From positions 1 to 58,001 of the forward strand of contig WGBD01000009.1 in assembly GCA_015494465.1 (NCBI GenBank): 58,001 bases of DNA, read 5' to 3'. Source of the stretch: Candidatus Omnitrophota bacterium (GTDB lineage Bacteria > Omnitrophota > Gorgyraeia > S143-82). The translations under genes were made by a program, and so were the position numbers. Below, one piece after another: positions 19,285-27,672 of this stretch (position 1 is its first letter; every line of letters starts with the position of its first letter). Under the pieces are notes generated by a model that made no database searches, had not been told where the DNA came from, and saw only the letters and a list, made by a program, of their open reading frames with translations.

Positions 19285-19565
19285 TGCTCCAACAAATACC
19301 TTCCTATGCTAGGGCTTCGCTTGGCCAAGGCCAAGAGGCCGGCCCAGAAGCCGATAACTCCAGCGGTGATGAGAAAGCCCAAGAGTATGTCCTTCTGCCA
19401 CTCATCCGAGACGAGGAGCAGCTCCCCGTTGTAGAGGTGGTCTATCACCCCGAATGCGCTTGCCCCGTAGAGCATCAACACCAGCCACCACAACCTTGCG
19501 GTCTTCTTCTTGCGCCACTTGGCGGTGGCTATCACCGAAGCGATCAACGGGACCGTATAGCACAT
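19281..19565 (-). CDS. Small membrane protein of unknown function, first gene of hydrogenase operon
   Basis: RBS AAGGAGG; 4-nt overlap with beta subunit; 2-3 hydrophobic helices; MC N-terminus and DHLYNGE motif. Confidence 0.8.
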   Translation of the reverse strand: MCYTVPLIASVIATAKWRKKKTARLWWLVLMLYGASAFGVIDHLYNGELLLVSDEWQKDILLGFLITAGVIGFWAGLLALAKRSPSIGRYLLEQ

Positions 19566-19580
19566 CCTCGACCTCCTTAT

Positions 19581-19629
19581 TTGTTACTGTTTTCACAAAG
19601 TATATTAGCAAATCCTGCGCTCTTGTCAA
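19581..19629 (-). promoter_or_regulatory. Sigma70 promoter with Rex-like operator for hydrogenase operon
   Basis: - strand TTGACA (19629-19624), TAATAT/TATACT -10, then TTGTGAA-AACA-GTAACAA (19598-19581) resembling Rex consensus TTGTGAA-N4-TTCACAA. Confidence 0.65.
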
Positions 19630-19721
19630 GAGAAAATACAATCTTTTCGTTCGCCCCCTAACCGCAGGTCTTCTCAAAAGGTTATTTACCCCAGCCGAAG
19701 AGCTCGTTTATCGACCAGGGA

Positions 19722-20612
19722 CTATATCGCCAGCCCGTACTTTTCTATATTCGCCTGAGCGACCTTGCGGACCTCTTCCAAGACCTCGGGCTCCTTTAGC
19801 AGGTGTCTGAAGCGCCCCTGCAGTTTCAGGTACTCCTCAACGGGCTTTACCTTCACCTTCCTAACGGAGACGACCTTGCCGTTCTCGTACTCCACCAAGG
19901 GATAGAGGCCGGTCTCCACTGCCAGTCGGGCAATCTCCACGGTGAGACTTGGATCGTGTCTCCAACCCAACGGGCAGGGTACGTGTATCTGCAGGAACTT
20001 TGGCCCTTTATACTCTAAGGCCTTCTTCACCTTTCTCTCAATGTCTGCCGGATAGGCGACCGATGCACTGGCTGCGTAGGGTATGTTGTGGGCAACCGCT
20101 ATCTCCAACAACGGCTTCTTGGGCCGGGGATTCCCGTGTGAGCGTTTACCTACCGGTGAGGTGGTAGTATTGGAATCCAATGGGGTCAACCCACTCCTCT
20201 GGACACCAGTGTTCATGTAGGCCTCGTTGTCGTAGCAGACGTAAAGGATGCCGTGTCCTCGCTCCAACATCCCAGAAAGGGCCCCCATGCCGATGTCCGC
20301 GGTGCCTCCGTCACCACCCTGGGCAATGACCTTCACTTCGTCTATCCTGCCGAGGTATCTCAACGCTGCCTCTATACCCGAGGCAACCGCTGCGGCGTTC
20401 TCAAACAAGGAATGGATCCAGGCCACCCTCCAGGCACTCTGCGGGGCCTTAGTGGTAAAGACTTCCAGACAACCCGTGGCGTTGGATATGATCGTCTTCG
20501 GCCCGGCTGCGTTCGCTACTATTCTCGCTGCGATCGCCTGACCACAACCTGCACAGGCGGTGTGTCCCGAAGCCAATAAGTGCCTTTTCGGATCCGCTAC
20601 TACTCCTGCCAT
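19722..20612 (-). CDS. porB: Pyruvate/2-oxoacid:ferredoxin oxidoreductase beta subunit
   Basis: GHTACAGCG, ATGCLEV, FENAAAVASG, GGDGG, DNEAYMNTGVQRS, PCPLGW. Confidence 0.94.
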   Translation of the reverse strand: MAGVVADPKRHLLASGHTACAGCGQAIAARIVANAAGPKTIISNATGCLEVFTTKAPQSAWRVAWIHSLFENAAAVASGIEAALRYLGRIDEVKVIAQGGDGGTADIGMGALSGMLERGHGILYVCYDNEAYMNTGVQRSGLTPLDSNTTTSPVGKRSHGNPRPKKPLLEIAVAHNIPYAASASVAYPADIERKVKKALEYKGPKFLQIHVPCPLGWRHDPSLTVEIARLAVETGLYPLVEYENGKVVSVRKVKVKPVEEYLKLQGRFRHLLKEPEVLEEVRKVAQANIEKYGLAI

Positions 20613-20613
20613 A

Positions 20614-21783
20614 TTATGCCTCCAAGAGTTTCTCGTTGAGTCCGATAAACCGGCTCTCTCCTTCGTCCTTCTCCACTTCCTGGAATATTTGCCTTATCTG
20701 AGCAGGGGATATGTCTCTACCTCCCAATCCGACGGTGAAACTGTTCACTTTGGCATCTGCTCCCTTCTTATAAAGCAGGGATGCCACCTCGGAGAACAAC
20801 GGGCTGTCCGCACCCAAGGAAACCGCCTTCTCTACCACGCCTACGTACTTGGCCCCTTTGAGTGCCTCGTATATCTCGTCCTTGGGGAAGGGACGGTAGG
20901 TTATGATCTTTAACACGCCGACCTTCTCACCCTTTTCCCTTAGTTCGTCAACCACATCCTTTATGGTGCCTACCAACGATCCCATGGCCACGAGCACCTT
21001 CTCCGCATCTTCGACGCGATAGGCCTCTACCAAGCCCCCAACCTTACGACCAACCACCTGAGAGTAGGCCTCGGAGGCCTCCTTTATCACCCCCAAGGCG
21101 TCCTCCATCGTCTTGGCTATGGCGTAGCGGGTCTCCATGTACACATCGGGTGCGCCCAAGAGCCCCATGCTCTTGGGGTCGTCCGGATCCAGTTTCACCA
21201 CCGGATCCAGTGGTGGCAGGAACGACTGCACCTGATCCTCTTCGGGCATGTCCACGACCTCAAAGGCGTGGGTAAGGACATAGCCGTCTATCCCGACCAG
21301 GGCCGGCAGGGAGATCCGCTTGTCCTCGGCCACTTTATAGGCGATCACGTGGAGGTCTATGGCCTCCTGTATGTTCTCAGCGTAAAACTGGATCCACCCG
21401 CTGTCCCTTACGGTCATGGAGTCCTGATGGTCGTTCCATATGTTTATCGGGGCGGACACCGCACGGTTGGCACAGGTCAGGACCACTGGCAGGCGCATTC
21501 CCGCTATGTTGAACAGGACCTCCGCCATCAACAGGAGCCCCTGCGAACTGGTCGCGGTGTAGACGCGCACACCGGTTGCGGAGGCACCCAGGACCACTGA
21601 GGCTGCGGAGTGCTCGCTCTCCACATTGATGAACTCCGCATCTAATTCCCCATCCGCAATCAGTTTTGCCAGGCCCTCCACGATGTGGGTCTGGGGGGTA
21701 ATGGGGTAGGCAGAAATCACACCTGGTCTGCACTTGGCGATTATCTCAGCGATCGCGTGAGATCCCTCTACGAACTTTTTCAT
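20614..21783 (-). CDS. porA: Pyruvate/2-oxoacid:ferredoxin oxidoreductase alpha subunit
   Basis: AYPITPQT, VESEHSA, TATSSQG, ANRA, YRPFP, GLGGRD. Confidence 0.95.
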   Translation of the reverse strand: MKKFVEGSHAIAEIIAKCRPGVISAYPITPQTHIVEGLAKLIADGELDAEFINVESEHSAASVVLGASATGVRVYTATSSQGLLLMAEVLFNIAGMRLPVVLTCANRAVSAPINIWNDHQDSMTVRDSGWIQFYAENIQEAIDLHVIAYKVAEDKRISLPALVGIDGYVLTHAFEVVDMPEEDQVQSFLPPLDPVVKLDPDDPKSMGLLGAPDVYMETRYAIAKTMEDALGVIKEASEAYSQVVGRKVGGLVEAYRVEDAEKVLVAMGSLVGTIKDVVDELREKGEKVGVLKIITYRPFPKDEIYEALKGAKYVGVVEKAVSLGADSPLFSEVASLLYKKGADAKVNSFTVGLGGRDISPAQIRQIFQEVEKDEGESRFIGLNEKLLEA

Positions 21784-22049
21784 ATCTGTTCTCCTTCATC
21801 TACCATCTCTATATCCTTCTTAGGGCAAACATAAGCGCAAAGACCACACCCTTTGCAGAAATCGTAATCCGCTATGTAGGTGTTCGGTCCATTACCGGAG
21901 ATACACCCTTCTGGGCAGATGATAAAACACATATTGCAGGCAATGCAGTTCTGCTGTAAGAACTTTGGTTTTTTAATGCTCCTCCAAGATCCCGTCTTGT
22001 TCTCTTCACTGGATCCCGGAAGACCTACCAGGATATTTACCGGATACAT
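21780..22049 (-). CDS. porD: POR delta subunit (2x 4Fe-4S)
   Basis: KTGSWR, CIACNMC...CP, CKGCGLC...CP. Confidence 0.94.
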   Translation of the reverse strand: MYPVNILVGLPGSSEENKTGSWRSIKKPKFLQQNCIACNMCFIICPEGCISGNGPNTYIADYDFCKGCGLCAYVCPKKDIEMVDEGEQI

Positions 22050-22067
22050 GTCCTCCTCCTATCCCCT

Positions 22068-22625
22068 TCAATAATTCTCTTTTACGTAATCGAATCCCTT
22101 CTTAACCGCCTCTTTGTTCTTCTCGGCCACCTCTCCCTTGCCGGCAAACCTCTCCTCTATTGCCTGCAGGAGGTGATCCAGTTCCACCTCACCGGTGGCA
22201 GCAGCAAACGCCCCCAGGATCACCGTATTTCCCAAGGGCCGTCCGATCACCTCTTGGGCTATACGGCTGGCGGGGACCCCGAATATCCTTTGGTTCTCTC
22301 CTGGGAGGGAATAATTGGAAAGGTTCTCTTTGGAATCGTCGATGATAACGACCCCCTCCGGCTTCAGCCCGTAAAAACAGTCGTAGCCGTAGGTGAGGGT
22401 CTTATCGACGATCAACACATAGTCCGGTTCGTAGATCTGACAGCGGAGGCGTATCTGTTTGTCGTCATACCTCAGGAACGCGTTCATCGGCGCACCCATG
22501 CGGGCAGCACCAAAGTAAGGGAATGCGTAAGCGAATCTCCCCGAGCGGAAGATAGCACTACCTAATATACCAGCGGTGGTGATTGCACCTTGACCTGCTC
22601 GGGCGTGGACGCGGACCTCTTTCAT
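22068..22625 (-). CDS. porG: POR gamma subunit (PorG/PorC)
   Basis: EVRVHARAGQGAIT, FPYFGAARMGAP, NTVILGAF. Confidence 0.93.
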   Translation of the reverse strand: MKEVRVHARAGQGAITTAGILGSAIFRSGRFAYAFPYFGAARMGAPMNAFLRYDDKQIRLRCQIYEPDYVLIVDKTLTYGYDCFYGLKPEGVVIIDDSKENLSNYSLPGENQRIFGVPASRIAQEVIGRPLGNTVILGAFAAATGEVELDHLLQAIEERFAGKGEVAEKNKEAVKKGFDYVKENY

Positions 22626-22718
22626 TTGTATCCTCCTATTCTAAGGTCTACCACCTAAAAGCGGGAAGTTATATTCTACAACTAATGTCCGCCTTCGGCA
22701 AGCAAAGAGGTTTCGTCA

Positions 22719-23228
22719 TTAGAATACCTTGAACACCTCCTTCTTGGCCCCGCAGACCGGACAGAAGTCCGGGGCCTCACCCTCGACGGTATATCCGCAC
22801 ACCGGACAGACGTAGACCTTACCCAATTCCACATCCTTTCCTTCCTCTGCGACCGCCTTCGCCTTCTTGTACATCTCGGCGTGGATCTTCTCCGCCTCCA
22901 GGGCATAGAGAGTGCTCCGTTCGGCCCCCTTTTCTTCTTGAAACCTCGCCACCTCGTGATAAACAGGATACATCTCTTCCACCTCAAAGGTCTCCCCGTC
23001 GATGGCCGTCTGGAGGTTCTTGACGGTGTCCCCGATACCGGCCAGCTCCTGAAGGTGGTTGCGGGCGTGCACCAATTCCGCATAGGCGATGGCCTTGAAT
23101 AGACGGGAGATGTTAGCCTTGCCCTCCTTCTCGGCTATCTCGGAGAAGATGAGGTACTTCATGTGGGCCTGCGATTCACCGGCAAAGGCAGAAGACAGGT
23201 TGGCTGAAGTCATCTTGTGCATAATCAA
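22719..23228 (-). CDS. rbr: Rubrerythrin
   Basis: AFAGESQA, ELVHA, GETFE..EMY, EKIH, CPVCGY..CPVCG. Confidence 0.95.
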   Translation of the reverse strand: MIMHKMTSANLSSAFAGESQAHMKYLIFSEIAEKEGKANISRLFKAIAYAELVHARNHLQELAGIGDTVKNLQTAIDGETFEVEEMYPVYHEVARFQEEKGAERSTLYALEAEKIHAEMYKKAKAVAEEGKDVELGKVYVCPVCGYTVEGEAPDFCPVCGAKKEVFKVF

Positions 23229-23764
23229 CCTCCTTGTTTTAATATTACCTGCGCTATCTCCTCAGGGTCCACCATCCTACCCAGACCGCTATCCCCGCTG
23301 GCAAGGGCACCGGTCGTCGGGCCTATGAACTGCACGCCCCACGAGCTCAACCGCTGAACCGCGGACTGCACCTGGGGAGATCCCCACATCTGGGAGTGCA
23401 TCGCCGGGGCAATCCAGCGGGGTTTATCGCTCATCGCCAAGAACAGGGTAGTAAGGAGATTATCCGCGATCCCCCAGGCCAGTTTGCAAAGGGTATTCGC
23501 GGTGCAGGGTGCAACCACCAAGGCCTCCCCCCACTTCGCCAGGGGTATGTGGTACCCATCATTGACAAGGGCCTCGGGGAAGAGGTCCACATAGACCCCA
23601 TCCGCCCCTAGGGCGGAAAATAGCTGAGGAGAAATCAGTTTCGTCGCTGCGGGAGTAAAGACGACCTTCACCCTGCAACCGCTGGAGAGCAGGGCTCGAA
23701 GCAGGTGTGCAGACTTGTACACCGCCACCGACGAGGTGAGGCCCAATATTATCTTTGCAGACAT
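23225..23764 (-). CDS. coaC: Phosphopantothenoylcysteine decarboxylase (stand-alone CoaC domain)
   Basis: SVAVYKS, HIPLA, APCTANTL.K...GIADNL, PAMH, GxLASG..GLGRM; follows gmk-rpoZ. Confidence 0.88.
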   Translation of the reverse strand: MSAKIILGLTSSVAVYKSAHLLRALLSSGCRVKVVFTPAATKLISPQLFSALGADGVYVDLFPEALVNDGYHIPLAKWGEALVVAPCTANTLCKLAWGIADNLLTTLFLAMSDKPRWIAPAMHSQMWGSPQVQSAVQRLSSWGVQFIGPTTGALASGDSGLGRMVDPEEIAQVILKQGG

Positions 23765-23934
23765 CAGTGAATGCTCTTTTCGACCATACGGTGCAAGGCC
23801 TCGGTGGTTGCTGGTCTGGCCAGCGGACGACCGGTGTTGCGAGACTCCTCGGAAAGGATGAGCGCCAGTTTACTGGCCTTCACCACCGTCTTGTAGATCT
23901 CTCTAGTAGCCTCCCAGATCTTGGCCTCTATCAT
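23764..23934 (-). CDS. rpoZ: RNA polymerase omega subunit (divergent, 56 aa)
   Basis: Not in ORF track; AGGAGG RBS; MIEAKIWEATREIYKTVVKASKLALILSEESRNTGRPLARPATTEALHRMVEKSIH; canonical gmk-rpoZ-coaBC synteny. Confidence 0.75.
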   Translation of the reverse strand: MIEAKIWEATREIYKTVVKASKLALILSEESRNTGRPLARPATTEALHRMVEKSIH

Positions 23935-23964
23935 AACCCACACCTCCTCACCTGGACGCTTTTC

Positions 23965-24039
23965 TCGGGGAGGTGGGACTTGAACCCACGACCTCCTGCT
24001 CCCAAAGCAGGCGCTCTAGCCAAGCTGAGCCACTCCCCG
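23965..24039 (-). tRNA. tRNA-Pro(TGG), CCA not encoded
   Basis: CGGGGAG..CTCCCCG-A acceptor stem, CCTGC-TTTGGGA-GCAGG anticodon arm, GGTTCAAGTCC T-loop. Confidence 0.96.
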
Positions 24040-24091
24040 GAGCAGTTGCTTCATCCCGGTAAACAATAATGATACCATAGATGCCCAACTA

Positions 24092-24685
24092 TTAGCAACT
24101 GACCCCTACCTTCTCCAGAAACCCCACGACTGCGGACCTGACCTCCTCCACCGCCTTGTCCAGATCGTCGTTCACGATCACCACATCGTATTCTTTTGCC
24201 GATTCCATCTCTTCGTGGGCGATCCCTAAGCGCAATTCCAGGTCCTCTCGGGTTATTCCCGGGCGCTGAGAGAGACGCCGTTTCAGCTCCTCCTCGGACG
24301 GGGGCATCACGAATATGGTAAAGCTGTCCTGAGGGTACAGGTTCTTTATGTACCTGGCCCCCCTCACGTCTATTATCAACAATGCCACTTTCCCCTTTTC
24401 CCATATCTTCTCCAGCTCCCGGCGGGAAGTGCCGTAGAAATTGCCAAATATCTCCACCCATTCCAAGAAGTTTCCTGCGGAGAGCTCCCAGGCGAACTCG
24501 GTCTTGCTTACGAAGATGTAGTCCTCCCCCTCCACCTCCCCCGGACGAGGAGGACGGGTGGTATAGGTGGGCACGCGCTCCACGCACCTGCGTATCTCGG
24601 GGAACTCCAGCAGTTTCTTGCCTATGGTCGTCTTACCCACGCCCGAAGGCCCTGATATTATGATGAGTTTACCCTTACTCGACAT
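24092..24685 (-). CDS. gmk: Guanylate kinase
   Basis: ISGPSGVGKTT, TTRPPRPGEVEGEDYIF, NFYGT, IDVRGA, VNDDL. Confidence 0.96.
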   Translation of the reverse strand: MSSKGKLIIISGPSGVGKTTIGKKLLEFPEIRRCVERVPTYTTRPPRPGEVEGEDYIFVSKTEFAWELSAGNFLEWVEIFGNFYGTSRRELEKIWEKGKVALLIIDVRGARYIKNLYPQDSFTIFVMPPSEEELKRRLSQRPGITREDLELRLGIAHEEMESAKEYDVVIVNDDLDKAVEEVRSAVVGFLEKVGVSC

Positions 24686-25496
24686 TCTGTACGACCTCCC
24701 TTATCCTGTCCACCACCATCCGCAACTCCAGGGCGTACTTTGCCACCCTGGCATCGGCGATCTTTGCCAGCATAGTATTGGCCTCTCTCATTATCTCCTG
24801 GGATATAAAGTCCAGGCGCTTGCCCTTGGCCCCAGTTTTTTTCATTTCAATTAAAAACATATCTATATTCATTTTCAATCGTTTAAGTTCTTCGTGCACG
24901 TCCTTTCTTTTGTAACCGCTTTCTTGATCCTGCAGAAAGAAACCCTGTTTATCCAGCGCAGAGATCCTCCTTGCTATGCGGGAAAAGAGGACCTCTACCT
25001 TGGAGATCAATCTGCGCACCACCTTCTCCATCCGAATCCCTTCTTTATGCCGAAAAACGTGGAGTCCACGTAGAGCCTTTTGGAGGGCCCTCTTTAGATC
25101 GGGGACGATCTGGGAGGGATTCTTTAGCGAGGTAGAGATGAGTCCGGGGACCGCCATAGCATCTGCTACAGAAAGGGTCCCTCCTACCCCTATCTTGGTC
25201 AATTCCCTCTGCAGGCTCCTCCACAGACCGTAGTTTATGATAACAGCGTAATCCACCTGCCGGGGTCGAACGAAGACGTCCACCCGGATATTGCCCCTTT
25301 GAACACCCGAGCGGTGGACCTCTTCCCTTACAACCGCCTCCCACTCAGGGAGCAAAAACCCACCCCTGACGCTGATGTCCAGCCCCTTGGAATTCCAAGA
25401 GCGTACCTCTATCCTTATGGAGGCACGGGGGCTTTCTACCTCTCCTACCCCGTATCCGGTCATCCCTACAAATACCGCCTTGCTTCCCATCTCCAC
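24675..25496 (-). CDS. yicC: YicC/YloC-family endoribonuclease
   Basis: MTGYG, EVRSWN, RG, DVHEELKRL, GKRLDFISQEIMREANT..K, REVVQNVE. Confidence 0.92.
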   Translation of the reverse strand: MEMGSKAVFVGMTGYGVGEVESPRASIRIEVRSWNSKGLDISVRGGFLLPEWEAVVREEVHRSGVQRGNIRVDVFVRPRQVDYAVIINYGLWRSLQRELTKIGVGGTLSVADAMAVPGLISTSLKNPSQIVPDLKRALQKALRGLHVFRHKEGIRMEKVVRRLISKVEVLFSRIARRISALDKQGFFLQDQESGYKRKDVHEELKRLKMNIDMFLIEMKKTGAKGKRLDFISQEIMREANTMLAKIADARVAKYALELRMVVDRIREVVQNVE

Positions 25497-25502
25497 CTCC
25501 TA

Positions 25503-25563
25503 TGTTCCACGTGGAACATCGCCCCCCATTCCATGGGCCTGAAAAAATGTTCCACGTGGAACA
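25503..25563. repeat. Two parS sites between ndk and yicC
   Basis: Perfect palindrome TGTTCCACGTGGAACA at 25503 and 25548. Confidence 0.93.
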
Positions 25564-25564
25564 T

Positions 25565-26068
25565 TCAGGCCCAGACCTTATGGACCCGGCTACCCTCCAC
25601 CTGCGTCCGGGTCGGATACAGGTCTATTATCAATTCTTCCGGGGAAAACCAGAGTTTTATCTCCTTCTCCGCGTTCTCCGGGCTGTCGGAGACGTGAACA
25701 ACGTTCTCGTAGACGCCTTTCGTGGTGATCCTCCCGTAGGCCCCCCGGATAGTGGTGGGGTCTGCCTCCTCGGGGTTGGTCTTGCCCGCCAAGGCCCGGA
25801 GTTTGGATATCGCGTCCTCCCCGTAGTACACCAAGGCGATCACCTTGTTCCTGCCGTGCTGTTTTCCGCAGATGTAGTCTATTACATCCTCAAAGAATGG
25901 CTTGTCCCTCAGGTGGGCGTAGTGGGTCTCGGCCAACTCCCGTGATACCTTCACCACCTTGGCCCCAATTATCTCCAGCCCGGTGGAGGATATCCGGCTG
26001 AGTATGTCCCCGGTCAGGTTCTTCTGCAGGGCATCCGGCTTAATTAGGACTAACACCGCCTCTTCCAT
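25565..26068 (-). CDS. ndk: Nucleoside diphosphate kinase
   Basis: LIKPDA, HYAHL..KPFF, GKTNP..A..TIRG, ENVVHVSDS..AEKEI.LWF. Confidence 0.96.
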   Translation of the reverse strand: MEEAVLVLIKPDALQKNLTGDILSRISSTGLEIIGAKVVKVSRELAETHYAHLRDKPFFEDVIDYICGKQHGRNKVIALVYYGEDAISKLRALAGKTNPEEADPTTIRGAYGRITTKGVYENVVHVSDSPENAEKEIKLWFSPEELIIDLYPTRTQVEGSRVHKVWA

Positions 26069-26906
26069 TGCTATGCCTCCTTCCTTCCCTCAACATATCC
26101 ACCAACCTGTCGAGGTCCGCCAGAGAATAATACTCTATTATCAGCCGGCCCCGATTCTTCTTAGCATTGTGGTCCAACTGCACCTTTGTCCCGAGGAGGA
26201 CCTGTAGGCTCTCCTCCAAGCGCTTCACAAACGGATCAGGGCCGTTTATCTCCCGCTTTATCTCCCTCACGCTGACCCTCTTCTCTACCACCAACTCCGC
26301 TCGCTTGCGGATCTCCTCTGGAGAAGGTGCACCGCTCATTATCTCCCTTGCCTGGGAGAAGGTGATCTTCCCCTCCGCTATCCGACTCTTCACATCTTCG
26401 GGCAAGGTCAAGAGGCGAAGGACATTGGCAATGTGGGAGCGAGAGAGACCTAACAGGCGGGCCAGATCCTCTTGGGAGAGCCCAAACCTGTCCATTATCG
26501 CCCTGTACCCCTCGGCCTCCTCTATCGGGGACAACTCCTCCCTTTGGAGGTTCTCCACCAAGGCCAACAGGGCCATATCCCTATCTTCCACCTCCCTGAC
26601 AAGGGCCGGACAGGTATCCCAACCGAGACGCCTTATCGCCCGGAGCCGTCTCTCCCCAGCGATCAACTCAAAACAATCCTTTTCCCGATTGTGTCTCACC
26701 ACCAAGGGCTGAAGTAGCCCGTTCCGGGAGATAGACTCGGCCAGGGAGGTGATCTCTTCTTCCGGAAAGGTCTTTCTGGGTTGATAAGGATTGGGAACTA
26801 TCTTCTCAACGGGGATGGATCGGGTTATACTCCCCGCAGGAACCTCGTCTCCCGACATCTCCCCCAACAAGGACGCAAGCCCCCTCCCTAAGACTCTTTT
26901 TGCCAT
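26040..26906 (-). CDS. parB: Chromosome partitioning CTPase ParB/Spo0J
   Basis: LGRGL, PNPYQPRKTF, GLLQPL, IAGERRLRA, ENLQREELSPIEEA, SRSHIANVLRLL. Confidence 0.97.
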   Translation of the reverse strand: MAKRVLGRGLASLLGEMSGDEVPAGSITRSIPVEKIVPNPYQPRKTFPEEEITSLAESISRNGLLQPLVVRHNREKDCFELIAGERRLRAIRRLGWDTCPALVREVEDRDMALLALVENLQREELSPIEEAEGYRAIMDRFGLSQEDLARLLGLSRSHIANVLRLLTLPEDVKSRIAEGKITFSQAREIMSGAPSPEEIRKRAELVVEKRVSVREIKREINGPDPFVKRLEESLQVLLGTKVQLDHNAKKNRGRLIIEYYSLADLDRLVDMLREGRRHSNGRGGVSPN

Positions 26907-26924
26907 ACTTACCCCCCTTCTTAA

Positions 26925-27666
26925 TGTTCCACGTGGAACATTCTACACCTTAACCACCGGTCAAATTGGGAGCTGGTTTCCGATCCGGGCAGTGTTCCAC
27001 GTGGAACATCTAAACACGCCTCACCTCCCATACACAAATGTTCCACGTGGAACATCCGCCAAAACCCCTATGACTGATTGTAGCACAGTTTCTCCCCGAA
27101 ATGAAGATGTTCCACGTGGAACATAGACTATCACGACGGACCTACTCCGAGCATTGTTCCACGTGGAACACTCGATCCGAGCATGGTTTCTATCTTTCCC
27201 AACCCGTTCCACGTGGAACACCCGCGCTGTTCATAAAGTTTACACTTCGGCCGTACTCTCGTATGCCCCACATGTTCCACGTGGAACATACCTATGCATT
27301 AATGCGCATCAACACGGCAATCTACATATATGTTCCACGTGGAACACCTCCATAGGCCATCCGTAGAAACGCGACACGATCGTTCCACGTGGAACACTGT
27401 CAAGAAAGTTTACACATGAAAGGTCCGTACCCGTGTGGCATTACATGTTCCACGTGGAACATGTGGATCGCACCGCTTTTCCCTAGGACGGCATCATGAG
27501 CCTCTATCATCTTGGTCCAGGATGTATGTTCCACATGGAACAGTATCAAAAAGCTTTACACCCCTAGTCCAGCGTCAACAAGTCTCCCAGCCCATCGAAT
27601 GTTCCACGTGGAACATCTCAGCAAGCGTGCTAGGAAGTTGCACCCAGGAATGTTCCACGTGGAACA
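26925..27666. repeat. Array of 13 parS sites between parA and parB
   Basis: (T/C)GTTCCACGTGGAACA at 26925, 26993, 27039, 27108, 27155, 27205(C), 27273, 27331, 27381(C), 27446, 27527 (variant CACATG), 27600, 27651; fits universal parS consensus TGTTNCACGTGNAACA. Confidence 0.95.
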
Positions 27667-27672
27667 TCCACT

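Noticed and set aside
26925-27666. CRISPR array
   Set aside because: Repeat is only 16 bp and is the canonical parS; spacers vary 30-65 bp and are partly related; no cas genes; sits between parA and parB
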